From a virus: a DNA stretch of 53,504 bases. The notes under the pieces are model-generated. The model saw nothing but the letters and a program-made list of their open reading frames with translations. It had not been told where the DNA came from and did no database searches. The position numbers were made by a program, and so were the translations under genes. This document shows positions 1 to 8,488 of this stretch, piece after piece (positions within the stretch are counted from its first letter, which is position 1; each line of letters begins with the position of its first letter). The stretch lies in the IMG/VR virus record IMGVR_UViG_3300032883_000088. One strand, given 5' to 3'.

Positions 1-123
1 GTTAGGGTACTTACATCATCCAGGATTTTCCCGGCCTCAATAGCGGAGGCATCCGACAACGCGACCGCATCGGCCAGGGGTCTTCCTGCCGCAATGATTA
101 CCGTATCCAACAGGGCAACTGTA
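1..123. repeat. Terminal direct repeat, copy 1 of 2 (identical to 53382..53504); circular-closure overlap, unit genome length 53381 bp
   Basis: All 123 bases are identical in the two copies; a minus-strand ORF reads through the join in frame. Confidence 0.95.
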
Positions 124-935
124 TCAAAAAACCTGTGCCCCGCCTCAAAGGTTTCGGATAGGGTGATCGTTTCGGCCAAGAACTTCCCAACCGTAACGGT
201 TACCGTGTCCGACAAAGTAACCGCATCGGAAAGGTCTCTTCCCAATACAATGAGCGCGGCATCCGATAAGGTAACCGTTTCGGCCAGAGGTTTTCCAACC
301 GCAAGAACTTCTACATCCGACAGGGTTACCGCATCAGGAAGCCCCTGCCCCACCACGATAGTTACCGCATCCAATAGCGTAATTGGATCGGCAGGAACCT
401 TTCCCATGCCGACGATGAGGCCATCAGACAAGATGGCCGAATCATCAAGGTTCTTACCTATCTTAGCAACGGAGGTGTCTAACGGGGCAACTGAGTCACC
501 AAGGGCCTTTCCTGTCTCGACCGCCACTGCGTCAGACAGGGTAACCGAGTCGCCAAGGACGATTGTTGGGGACTCCTGATCGGCGTCTCCTAGCGTAACC
601 GTATCCGCCAGGACCTTCCCCACCGTAACGGCCAGAGTATCCGATAGGGTAACCGTATTAGCGAGTGCCTTTGCCGTCCCAACAACGGGGGCCTCTAACA
701 GGGTAATCGAGTCGGATAACCCCAGTAGACGGCCCTGGTTCTCCACGGAGGCGGAAGCTAAGGTAACCGCGTCAGCTAAGACCTTCCCTACCTTAATGGT
801 TACCATGTCGGACAGGGAAACCCCGTCCGGCACCGTGGTTCCTACGGTCAGGTAGAGAACATCGGACAGGGAAACTCCATCCGACGAATCGGACAGGGAG
901 ACCCCGTCCGTGCTTGTCTTAGTTAGAGCAGGCAT
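1..935 (-). CDS. Repeat-rich fibrous virion protein, 5' part (ATG 935..933; continues past base 1 into 53381..53084; 410 aa in total)
   Basis: Hand translation of the minus strand: MPALTKTSTDGVSLSDSSDGVSLSDVLYLTVGTTVPDGVSLSDMVTIKVGKVLADAVTL... No in-frame stop from 935 to 1. The frame matches ORF 53084..53491 after subtracting 53381. Degenerate 12-residue (36-bp) repeats of the type G-K-x-L-A-D-x-V-T-L-S-D. Confidence 0.75.
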   Translation of the reverse strand, partial: MPALTKTSTDGVSLSDSSDGVSLSDVLYLTVGTTVPDGVSLSDMVTIKVGKVLADAVTLASASVENQGRLLGLSDSITLLEAPVVGTAKALANTVTLSDTLAVTVGKVLADTVTLGDADQESPTIVLGDSVTLSDAVAVETGKALGDSVAPLDTSVAKIGKNLDDSAILSDGLIVGMGKVPADPITLLDAVTIVVGQGLPDAVTLSDVEVLAVGKPLAETVTLSDAALIVLGRDLSDAVTLSDTVTVTVGKFLAETITLSETFEAGHRFFDTVALLDTVIIAAGRPLADAVALSDASAIEAGKILDDVSTL

Positions 936-939
936 TGCC

Positions 940-1407
940 CTAGCTTACAGTGATGGTCCAGGTGATCTGGAGGGTATCGAGCGCGCCCACGTTGATCGCG
1001 GGGAAGTTCGTACCAGCCCACATATTGAGCGTGTCCGGGGTCACTACGTCGAAGAGACCCGCCTCGGTGATGACACCTTCGGCTTCGCCCGCACCCCAGT
1101 CCCCAACCATCGTGACAACCGCACCCGTCCGCGTCTTGGTTGTGAAAGCAATCCGGCCAAGCGTTGTCCCGCCGACAGGAAGCTCATCACCGAGCTTGTC
1201 CGTAAGCCCGAAGCCGGTCGGCACGCCCTCGCCAATCGCCATCCACCCCGGTACAACATAGAGGGACGGGGTATCGAGAAGCTGCTCAGCCGTCCCTTCC
1301 AACCCCGCCGCCCCCATCGTATTGTGGACGCTCGCGTGCTTGACCGTACCATCCGGTCCCCGAACCACAATCTGCACGTTGTCCTTGAGAGTCGTCTTTG
1401 CCTTCAT
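940..1407 (-). CDS. Hypothetical virion-module protein (155 aa)
   Basis: ORF track; ATG preceded by AGGAAAAGG; lies between two fibre-like genes in the minus-strand late operon; no domain recognised. Confidence 0.6.
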   Translation of the reverse strand: MKAKTTLKDNVQIVVRGPDGTVKHASVHNTMGAAGLEGTAEQLLDTPSLYVVPGWMAIGEGVPTGFGLTDKLGDELPVGGTTLGRIAFTTKTRTGAVVTMVGDWGAGEAEGVITEAGLFDVVTPDTLNMWAGTNFPAINVGALDTLQITWTITVS

Positions 1408-1434
1408 TACCTTTTCCTTGCGGCCATGCCGCCG

Positions 1435-2475
1435 TTAGACACCAATTCGCAATTTGAACACGTTACTCGCCGCCCCCGCTACCGATTGTACTGCCCCAAT
1501 GTCCATGCTCGCCCCCCCATCGAACCCCGCATCCCGCAAGGGACTATTTGTGGCTGGATGATAATCCGCCCCACCGCTCTCGTTCACAAACTGTGGAGCC
1601 GAGGTAACCTCCCCTGTGAACGTAGCGGCGTTGGTATATGCGGTTGTATTGGCGTTCACGAGGTTGTTTCGTGAACAAATAGACTCCCCCATGTTTGCAT
1701 CCCCCGCAACTCCGGTGTCACAATCGTAAAGAACATTGTTCACATATGCCAAAGCATCACACGGTCCCCAGGAAATACCGCTATCAGAGTTCTTGGCGTT
1801 CCCATCGAATGTGCAGTTGAGAACGGTAGATAATGTACCTCCTCCACCGCCCATGCGGATGTTATCTCCTCCATTATTAAAGAAAGTGCACCCAAATACG
1901 ACCAAGCCCAACCCCCCGGAGAGACCCCGTCCCGTATTTGAGTAAAATTTACATCCGATGAAAATTCCACCAACCCCACCGGCACTCGATGTAGTTACTC
2001 CATTTGTTCCATTAGAGGAGAATTCACATGCCTCACAAACCGTCGTTCGACATGACAGGCCGATCGTACCGTTGGTGTCAAACTTACAGTTCTTAAAGGT
2101 CAGACGACTGCAATCCGTGAGTAGTCCCGCCCCCGTCGCCGCCGTCATACTGAAGTTCTTGAAAACGTAATAAATGAGAGTATCCGCCGCAAGGCTATCT
2201 GTTACACAATTCGCACGAACACTACTGCCCGTTATAACTGCTCGACCTCCATCGCCCGGAGTTGTAGTATACCCTTCAAATATGATTGGAGCCGCAGCGG
2301 TTCCGGCAGTATCAATGGTTGCTAATTCAGCGTAGTTCCCATTCGCCTTAACGTACACCTTGTCCCCCGCGGCGACGGTGTTCATGGCGTGGTCGATAGT
2401 CGCCCAGGCCAAGAGTTCCGTAAGACCCGTAGCTAGGTCACTTCCCCCCTTTTTGACGTAGTATGTAAAAGCCAT
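1435..2475 (-). CDS. Tail fibre/spike protein with right-handed parallel beta-helix (pectin-lyase-like) turns, paralogue A (346 aa)
   Basis: Repeated Gly/Asn/Cys turns (NCKFDTNG, CEFSSNG, CKFYSNTG, CTFFNNGG, NCTFDGN). Collinear with residues 1-340 of 50968..52722 (AAGDKVYVK, GTAAAPxxFEGYT..PGDGG, SRNNLVNANTTxYTN..TFTGEVT). 23-bp exact DNA match 2351..2373 = 52589..52611. Confidence 0.75.
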   Translation of the reverse strand: MAFTYYVKKGGSDLATGLTELLAWATIDHAMNTVAAGDKVYVKANGNYAELATIDTAGTAAAPIIFEGYTTTPGDGGRAVITGSSVRANCVTDSLAADTLIYYVFKNFSMTAATGAGLLTDCSRLTFKNCKFDTNGTIGLSCRTTVCEACEFSSNGTNGVTTSSAGGVGGIFIGCKFYSNTGRGLSGGLGLVVFGCTFFNNGGDNIRMGGGGGTLSTVLNCTFDGNAKNSDSGISWGPCDALAYVNNVLYDCDTGVAGDANMGESICSRNNLVNANTTAYTNAATFTGEVTSAPQFVNESGGADYHPATNSPLRDAGFDGGASMDIGAVQSVAGAASNVFKLRIGV

Positions 2476-2479
2476 GCAA

Positions 2480-2872
2480 TTACCCCATCAACACGGGTAC
2501 ATTGGACCCGCTGCGCTTCTGTACCCACTCCTGAACCTCTTGGAACTCTTGCGCCTGCTGCGTCTCGAACTCCAACCCCTTCCGTTCCGCGGCAACCACA
2601 CTCCTCCGCAGGTCGTCCTTGGTCACGCCCTCGCGCGTACGCTCAAGCATCTTCACCAACTCACGGTTGGCAAGTTCCAGGTTCTCGCCGAGGTCATCAA
2701 TGTCCTGCGCTAACCCCTGGTCCTTGCGAACCCAGAGACCCAGGAACCACCGGCCGGTTTGCGTGTTGAACCCTGTAAACAGGTTCGGATCGCGCAAGTG
2801 GCGGCGTAGGAAGTCCGCAAACGGCGTCTCCCGCACCTGATGCTCTCCCGCGCGCACTCGAAAGATTCCCAT
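2480..2872 (-). CDS. Hypothetical protein (130 aa)
   Basis: ORF track 2480..2938; internal ATG 2872 preferred because GGAGGA lies 7 nt upstream; no domain recognised. Confidence 0.55.
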   Translation of the reverse strand: MGIFRVRAGEHQVRETPFADFLRRHLRDPNLFTGFNTQTGRWFLGLWVRKDQGLAQDIDDLGENLELANRELVKMLERTREGVTKDDLRRSVVAAERKGLEFETQQAQEFQEVQEWVQKRSGSNVPVLMG

Positions 2873-2954
2873 ATCGCACTCCTCCGTCTCTCCGTCCAAC
2901 AGACCGGCCGGGCCGGTCGCCCGGACCCGGCCGATCACGCGGGAGGAGAGTCCT

Positions 2955-3377
2955 TTATTCGAGGTCGGGTACGTGAAGTTTGCAATGGCAGTTTGCGCAC
3001 ATCACAACGCACCTTGCCGCCTCTTCCAGCGCCCTGCTCAAACTGCATACAAGGCGCGATACATTACACTCCTTTTGCTCCGGGTCCTGATGGTGAAACT
3101 GCAAACAACGCGGATCGCGTTCACCGCAGTGGATGCAACCCTTATCTGCTTTCAGTTGCCATAGAACCCGGCGGTTCTCGACATAGCGCGTGTTGAGCCG
3201 CTTGGCTTCCTTGCCCTTGTTGCGCTCGCCCCATTCTTTTCGGGCGAGCCGCATCCGTGCCTTTACCTCCGGCTTCTTGTAGCGTTCCTTACCATAGGCC
3301 AATCTTTCTTCTCTATTAGCCCGGTAGTATGCCCTTTGCCACGCGAGTTTCTTTTCACTCGTCACAACTCTCTCCAC
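2955..3377 (-). CDS. HNH endonuclease (free-standing, homing-type), immediately downstream of the capsid gene
   Basis: CIHCG ... LQFHHQDPEQK ... CANCHCKLH; same subfamily as 4930..5226 and 16860..17408. Confidence 0.8.
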   Translation of the reverse strand: MERVVTSEKKLAWQRAYYRANREERLAYGKERYKKPEVKARMRLARKEWGERNKGKEAKRLNTRYVENRRVLWQLKADKGCIHCGERDPRCLQFHHQDPEQKECNVSRLVCSLSRALEEAARCVVMCANCHCKLHVPDLE

Positions 3378-3389
3378 CCTAACAGAATC

Positions 3390-4907
3390 CTAAAAACCAG
3401 TCATTTCGGTTATGCCGGTTAATTCAAGAAAGTTTGGTTGACCGGGCATGACTACGGATTTACGCTCGGCGGGGCACTGGAGCATGTTCGTGAACCGATC
3501 GTTGTGATCGGCGCGCACGAAGATACTGTCATACGCGGACCCGCCGGTGCTACCAAGGAACTGAATCTCTTCGCCGATGCGCGAGTCCATCTTGCTGCCC
3601 GGTACCGGAGGCGGCACGAACCGCGTCAGGTCAAACAGGCCGCCGTACAACCGCCCCTTGGCCATGTAACGCGAGGTGTAGATGTCCAACTGGCGTCCGC
3701 CGAAGCGGTAGTTGAACGTGTCCCACCCGGCCTCAACGTCCAACGCCTTGCCTTGCCGTTCGTACTTGAACCGGCCAGGATAGGTCGTGTTCGTCGAACC
3801 GGAGGTAATACCGCCGGTGTTCACCGAGTCAATGTTGTCAATGAACCCCAGTAGGACGCCCATCGTGGTAATCGCGCGCTTGAGTTGCGCGTCGGGGAAA
3901 CTCTCGTAGAAGTACCCGACGTGTCGGTTAAGCAACGATTCGGTCAACGGCGCAGAGATTGCGCTTGGCCGCAGGCTCTTGAAGTCGCCATGATCGCGCA
4001 CGTCGATGTCGAAGAACGTAGTGATCGTCGAACCATCAGCGACCCAGGACTCCATCGTACCGGGCGTAAACCCAATTGAATCCTTGAGCACGACGATGTC
4101 GTCGTCACCACCGGCCCCGGCGTACGTTACACCACCGCCGAGGACCGTCGTAGTCTGGAGGTCCGAACCATCCAGCCGACGTAAGCGCACGACCTGGGCC
4201 AAGTAGTCCACGTTGTCTACGAACACCTGGAAGTTGGTGTTGCGCTTCACAGTCCCGGCCGCGTTGTACAGATCAATCAACTGCCCCTTGTGCAGTCGGT
4301 GAATACGCCCAACTGCCCCCGTTCCATTTAGGGCTACGTTGATCGCGGTCGTGTCCGCGGACGCATTCGTGACCGTCGCGCTGGTATCCCCAATCGCGGC
4401 AATCGCAACCGTGGTCGGCGCAGTACTATAGAACGTGCCGAGTTCCTGCATTAGCGCGAGGTTCGCCAACCCCTTGATGTAGAACGGCGTCACCGCCCCA
4501 ATCGAGGAGTTGAGTTGGTCGGACTGCATGATGTCGCGTGGGATGAACATATTGAGTTTGTGCTTGATGAGCGTCACGCGCGAGCGCAGGAACGTCGGCG
4601 CGGAGACCTCATCGAAGCCCGGCCATGTTTCCGGGTTTCCAAACGCGGAGAAGTTCCAGGCATCCGCGTTCAGCATGTTGCTGCCTAACGCGCTCCCGAA
4701 CGACCCACCTCCGGCCAACCCCAGCCCCCAGACCTTGTGGACCTGGTAGTTCCGCCCGATCCCCTGATCGCGCTTCACATTGGTCCAGCTTCTTTTCGCC
4801 ATGCTGTACACGGGGTCCTTTGGTCCCCCCAATTCATAAATTGAAGGGAGGATTTCTTCTCGTATGGTGCGGGAAAGCGTGCTTTCCATGATCGTAGTTG
4901 TTGCCAT
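3390..4907 (-). CDS. Putative major capsid protein (505 aa)
   Basis: Large ORF directly after the portal-scaffold block, GGAGA about 8 nt upstream of the ATG. Assignment rests on size and synteny only. Confidence 0.55.
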   Translation of the reverse strand: MATTTIMESTLSRTIREEILPSIYELGGPKDPVYSMAKRSWTNVKRDQGIGRNYQVHKVWGLGLAGGGSFGSALGSNMLNADAWNFSAFGNPETWPGFDEVSAPTFLRSRVTLIKHKLNMFIPRDIMQSDQLNSSIGAVTPFYIKGLANLALMQELGTFYSTAPTTVAIAAIGDTSATVTNASADTTAINVALNGTGAVGRIHRLHKGQLIDLYNAAGTVKRNTNFQVFVDNVDYLAQVVRLRRLDGSDLQTTTVLGGGVTYAGAGGDDDIVVLKDSIGFTPGTMESWVADGSTITTFFDIDVRDHGDFKSLRPSAISAPLTESLLNRHVGYFYESFPDAQLKRAITTMGVLLGFIDNIDSVNTGGITSGSTNTTYPGRFKYERQGKALDVEAGWDTFNYRFGGRQLDIYTSRYMAKGRLYGGLFDLTRFVPPPVPGSKMDSRIGEEIQFLGSTGGSAYDSIFVRADHNDRFTNMLQCPAERKSVVMPGQPNFLELTGITEMTGF

Positions 4908-4929
4908 GATCTACGATCTCCGACCCTGG

Positions 4930-5226
4930 TTAGCCCAGGAGTCCTGATTCTGGGACTGTGTAGTCCTCAAGGTTCCTGTGTAGCTTTGAGTGGCAGTTAG
5001 AGCACAAAAGGCTACATTTCTCTATTTCGGCCGTCAACGATTGACGAGTCCTTGCAAGTGAATCCATTACACAAAATCTCTTTGTCTTCGGGTCGCGGTG
5101 GTGGAACTCCAAACACCGCAAATCAGACTCCCCGCATACGACACATCGCCCCCCGCCGAGCCTTAGAACCCAAACCCGGCGTCCTATTCGCATACGCCGG
5201 TCTCTCTCCTTCCGGGATGCCCTCAT
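4930..5226 (-). CDS. HNH endonuclease (free-standing), immediately upstream of the capsid gene
   Basis: CVVCG ... LEFHHRDPKTK ... CSNCHSKLH. Confidence 0.8.
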   Translation of the reverse strand: MRASRKERDRRMRIGRRVWVLRLGGGRCVVCGESDLRCLEFHHRDPKTKRFCVMDSLARTRQSLTAEIEKCSLLCSNCHSKLHRNLEDYTVPESGLLG

Positions 5227-6053
5227 AACCCCGGCACCTGAGCTTCTCTTTCAGCCTTCTGCATCTCATATTGCAGTTTGTTCTCGATGTACGTCGCGTA
5301 ATCCTCAGCATCCGCATACGCCGGTACGCGCTTCGGCTCCTGCAACTCTCTACCCCCCAAGCTCGCCGTGCCCCCCGGCCCCATCCCCGCCCTTGGTGTC
5401 GGCCGGTCAAAGAACGGCGCGACAATCGGACCCGCCTTCGCCATCGCGGCCTGGGCCACGCGCGCCCAGTCGTAGTCGAACCGATCCCCTTCCTTGGCGA
5501 TCTCCTTCTCCATTTGGCCCTTGAGGATCGAGACCACCGAATTGCGCGCTTTGGGACCAATCACCGACATATTATAGGACAGCTCCTTGTCCGAGTCAAG
5601 CACCTGCGTAACCGCCTGCTCCATCATGTAGTTGTGGGTTGCGGCGACGGCCCTCTGCGTCCCCTGGTCCAATTCCGCGTACTTCACCGGCCCTTTACGC
5701 GATACAGACGAGTCGTCGATCTGGACCCCTTCCTCTTCTGCCGACTCGTTCCTAACGCGCTGAGTCCCCGTCTCCCGGTCGATTGCGTCCAAGAGCGCAT
5801 CCACCTGGCTCACCGGCAGGTTCTTCAACTGCTCCAACAGGGCATCTATCCCAGTAGGAGCAGGAGTTGTCCCAGTAGCCTTAGCCAGGTCGGCGGCGAG
5901 TTTGGGTTCCACAGGCGGGGGCGCATCCACCTTGTCCGCCCTCGCAGCGGAGGGGGTCTGCGGCCCATGAACCTGTGGGGTCAAATCCGGGGCATTCACC
6001 GGAACGTCCGGCGTACTAACCGCAGCCGGAGTCGTTGTAGTCACTTCTGGCAT
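5223..6053 (-). CDS. Putative scaffolding protein (276 aa)
   Basis: Ala/Pro/Glu-rich, helix-prone sequence, located between the portal and capsid genes; positional inference. Confidence 0.45.
   Translation of the reverse strand: MPEVTTTTPAAVSTPDVPVNAPDLTPQVHGPQTPSAARADKVDAPPPVEPKLAADLAKATGTTPAPTGIDALLEQLKNLPVSQVDALLDAIDRETGTQRVRNESAEEEGVQIDDSSVSRKGPVKYAELDQGTQRAVAATHNYMMEQAVTQVLDSDKELSYNMSVIGPKARNSVVSILKGQMEKEIAKEGDRFDYDWARVAQAAMAKAGPIVAPFFDRPTPRAGMGPGGTASLGGRELQEPKRVPAYADAEDYATYIENKLQYEMQKAEREAQVPGL
5571..5599 (-). promoter_or_regulatory. Sigma70-type promoter inside the scaffold gene: TTGACT-17 bp-TATAAT (GTCCTATAAT)
   Basis: Minus strand reads gcTTGACTcggacaaggagctgtccTATAATatg; -35 at 5599..5594, -10 at 5576..5571. 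Confidence 0.45.
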
Positions 6054-6370
6054 TTCTTAGTCTCCTCTTTCTTTAGCACCTTCAACAGTTGGCGAACCGT
6101 CGCCGGGTTATCCTTTACGAACGCGGTAAGTCCCCGGCCTATGACTCCCGCCACAATTTCGTCGATCGTATCCCCCATCGGAACTGAGCACATCAACAGA
6201 TGAACTACCTCATGGAGCAAGGTTTCAATTTCCTGGGACGCCGGCATCCCCCCGCGTAGGTGTATCTCATTCTGCGATATGTGCGCCTCCCCTGACGCAT
6301 CCTTATCCGCCAGGTCGAACACGATCACCTCAACCCGATGCGGCCCGATGATAAGGTCGTCCCACTTCAA
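6041..6370 (-). CDS. Small HExxH (zinc-metallopeptidase-like) protein (109 aa)
   Basis: LLHEVVHLLM motif; ATGA start/stop overlap with the portal gene; sits between portal and scaffold. Confidence 0.45.
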   Translation of the reverse strand: MKWDDLIIGPHRVEVIVFDLADKDASGEAHISQNEIHLRGGMPASQEIETLLHEVVHLLMCSVPMGDTIDEIVAGVIGRGLTAFVKDNPATVRQLLKVLKKEETKKCQK

Positions 6371-8487
6371 AACGCACCCGCCCCGCCCATCCGGGCCAAC
6401 TGCACTTGCTCCGGGGGCATTCCTCCCCCACCCCCCTGTTGCTGCATCGCCATGTTCTGCTCAATCCCCGGCATGGCCATCTGCGCCGCGTCCTCCGGCG
6501 GCGGCATCCCTTGCGGGAATACCCCCGTCATCCGCTCCAGTGCTTCCTTCCAAAGCTCGAACTCGCGCTGCACCTCATCAGACGCCAGCGAAAACTCGAT
6601 CTTGTTCATAAACCGTTGGAGAGCAAGGAGTTGAACTTGGGGATTCTGGGTGTGCTCACCAAACTCCACAGGTCCGGGAGTTTCACCGTCGTTAAACAAG
6701 AGTATAATCTGCCAGATGACTTTGCGCCAGGTCTCGAATACGTCTTTAGGACCACCAATGACATCCAGGTTCTCCTCGAACACCGTAATCCAGTATTGCA
6801 GGAACGCCTCCTCCGGCGTACTCCCCAGCAACCCCGCCGCATGGTGTTCCGCCAACTGCTGCTTCCGCAAGTCCGGGTCGCTTGGCGTTCGGTCCTTCAC
6901 GTCTACTGAGACTTCCCAAGGATTCGGGACAGGATTCTGTGCCAAAGAGGCACTACCTGTCTCAGGGTCAAAGACGACCCCGGCCAAGTTCTCATCAATT
7001 GTGGCGAGCTTAATTGTTTCACCTTCACGTAGGCTACTCCTTGAGCATTGCAGCACGCGAGCGTAAATAGCCGCTAGAGCATCGGCCAAGTTGTGGGAGG
7101 GAAGTCCAAGGCCAACATTCCCAGCGTTAAACAGAAAACCGTGGCCTGCTGCACTATCCATCCTCCCCGCGGCCTGCCCGTCATAGAACGGCCCCTGGCC
7201 CGCAATTCCCTCGGTTACGCCCTTCATAAACTCCGCGAACTTCACGGGCATCAACCCCATATTGCTCGGCGCTAACGTGATCGGCTGCGCATTCGGCGCA
7301 AGCGGGTCGATGTTGTATTTGTCCACCTTCGGCCGTGGCCCCGGCTTGTTCCAGGACTTGAGGTCAATCCCCATTCCCCCGCTGACGAACAGCGTCCCGA
7401 ACATATCCATCTCGCGCAGATTGCGCGCCACGGACGCAATCACCTTCTCGAATTGGTCATTAGCTGGGATGAGAGGAGCGACAAAGCCACGAGAAAAAAA
7501 TGAACCCGTGTCCGTGTACCGAGCGACCTGTAGGGGACAAATGACCCGAAGGTTAGTCTTTTCATAATCCTCCCGGAAGATGATCTTGCGACCAATCTTG
7601 AGAATGAGTCCCGCGGCGTACATGGCATCGTCCGCGTACGGGTAGATTTCCTCCATCTTCACGAAGTATCGTCCCTCGCGGTTAATGTCCTTATCAAACT
7701 CCGTCCGCGTCACCTTCCCAATCGTAGTCTCTAACGGCTCAATCTTGTTAGCGGGGTCCTGTAGGAAGCCCAAAGAAGGCCCGATCCCCTCATAGCCAAC
7801 GCTATTACCCGGCGGACTGTGCCCCCATGCAACTCTCCTACCACGAAGATCAGTTTCGATCTCGAAATCGTCAAGATTGACATTGTGCAAATCCTTTACC
7901 TTGGTCCGAATCCAATCGTACGGAACCCAACGTGCTCGCGCAATACCCTGTAGAGACTCGTAACCCTCAGTGAACGCTGGAATACCCCGGAGTTGACGAC
8001 TTGTAACGACCTCGATGTGATCGGGGTGAAGAGCGTCAGTGGTTTCATGGTGCGCGATCCCCACAATTCCGTACTTGATGTACGGGATGATAAGCTGCGT
8101 ACGCAGCCGGTTAATGTCAATCCCCTGCATCCGCGCTTGGAGGACCGCGGACGCGATCGCCGCCTTACGCATATCCCCCAGGGACTCCCCACGCCGCTTC
8201 ACAGACGGAGCCAAGTCAGAACGCAACCAGCGTCCCACCTCAATGAGGTATCGCCGAATTATATCTTCGTGACGATATAGAATATCCCCCCTCAAGTGCT
8301 CGTACCCAATCAGGACCCTTCCTTGGAATCTGTCTAGCACGTTAAATTTTCTTGCTCCCCTTAAATATCCATCAATAATCCGCCATGAAGTGAGATTTAA
8401 ATTCATTTCGGATTCTGACATAGTGAGTTCGCTGTCGAGACTCAATGCCAAGTGGTCTTCTACATCGGGAAGCTCAAGACGAGACAT
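6367..8487 (-). CDS. Putative portal protein (706 aa)
   Basis: Largest head-module ORF, between terminase/HNH and scaffold/capsid. ATG 8487 has AAGGAGG 9 nt upstream; the track start 8547 would overlap the HNH gene. Synteny and size only. Confidence 0.6.
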   Translation of the reverse strand: MSRLELPDVEDHLALSLDSELTMSESEMNLNLTSWRIIDGYLRGARKFNVLDRFQGRVLIGYEHLRGDILYRHEDIIRRYLIEVGRWLRSDLAPSVKRRGESLGDMRKAAIASAVLQARMQGIDINRLRTQLIIPYIKYGIVGIAHHETTDALHPDHIEVVTSRQLRGIPAFTEGYESLQGIARARWVPYDWIRTKVKDLHNVNLDDFEIETDLRGRRVAWGHSPPGNSVGYEGIGPSLGFLQDPANKIEPLETTIGKVTRTEFDKDINREGRYFVKMEEIYPYADDAMYAAGLILKIGRKIIFREDYEKTNLRVICPLQVARYTDTGSFFSRGFVAPLIPANDQFEKVIASVARNLREMDMFGTLFVSGGMGIDLKSWNKPGPRPKVDKYNIDPLAPNAQPITLAPSNMGLMPVKFAEFMKGVTEGIAGQGPFYDGQAAGRMDSAAGHGFLFNAGNVGLGLPSHNLADALAAIYARVLQCSRSSLREGETIKLATIDENLAGVVFDPETGSASLAQNPVPNPWEVSVDVKDRTPSDPDLRKQQLAEHHAAGLLGSTPEEAFLQYWITVFEENLDVIGGPKDVFETWRKVIWQIILLFNDGETPGPVEFGEHTQNPQVQLLALQRFMNKIEFSLASDEVQREFELWKEALERMTGVFPQGMPPPEDAAQMAMPGIEQNMAMQQQGGGGGMPPEQVQLARMGGAGAF

Positions 8488-8488
8488 G

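Noticed and set aside
1-123. The 123-bp terminal repeat as a true T7-like direct terminal repeat
   Set aside because: The repeat lies in the middle of an uninterrupted coding sequence, which is more consistent with assembly closure or circular permutation. This is not fully excluded without read-level data.
94-579. 161-aa plus-strand ORF with a striking internal repeat
   Set aside because: It is the antisense shadow of the minus-strand 12-residue-repeat gene. The 36-bp period keeps both strands open. The minus-strand frame has a start (ATG 935), continues across the junction, and fits the surrounding operon orientation.
1-935. CRISPR-like periodicity (36-bp period here, 60-bp period at 51040..51690)
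   Set aside because: The repeats are degenerate rather than identical, there are no unique spacers, the periods are multiples of three, and they lie in frame within long ORFs. No cas genes are present.
5271-6203. Long antisense ORFs (5271..6203+, 8936..9760+, 17263..18141+, 25237..26142+, 33260..34021-, 34438..34968-)
   Set aside because: They have Arg/Pro/Ser/Gly-rich compositions typical of off-frame or antisense reading of GC-rich genes. Each is fully covered by an opposite-strand gene with recognisable motifs or operon context.
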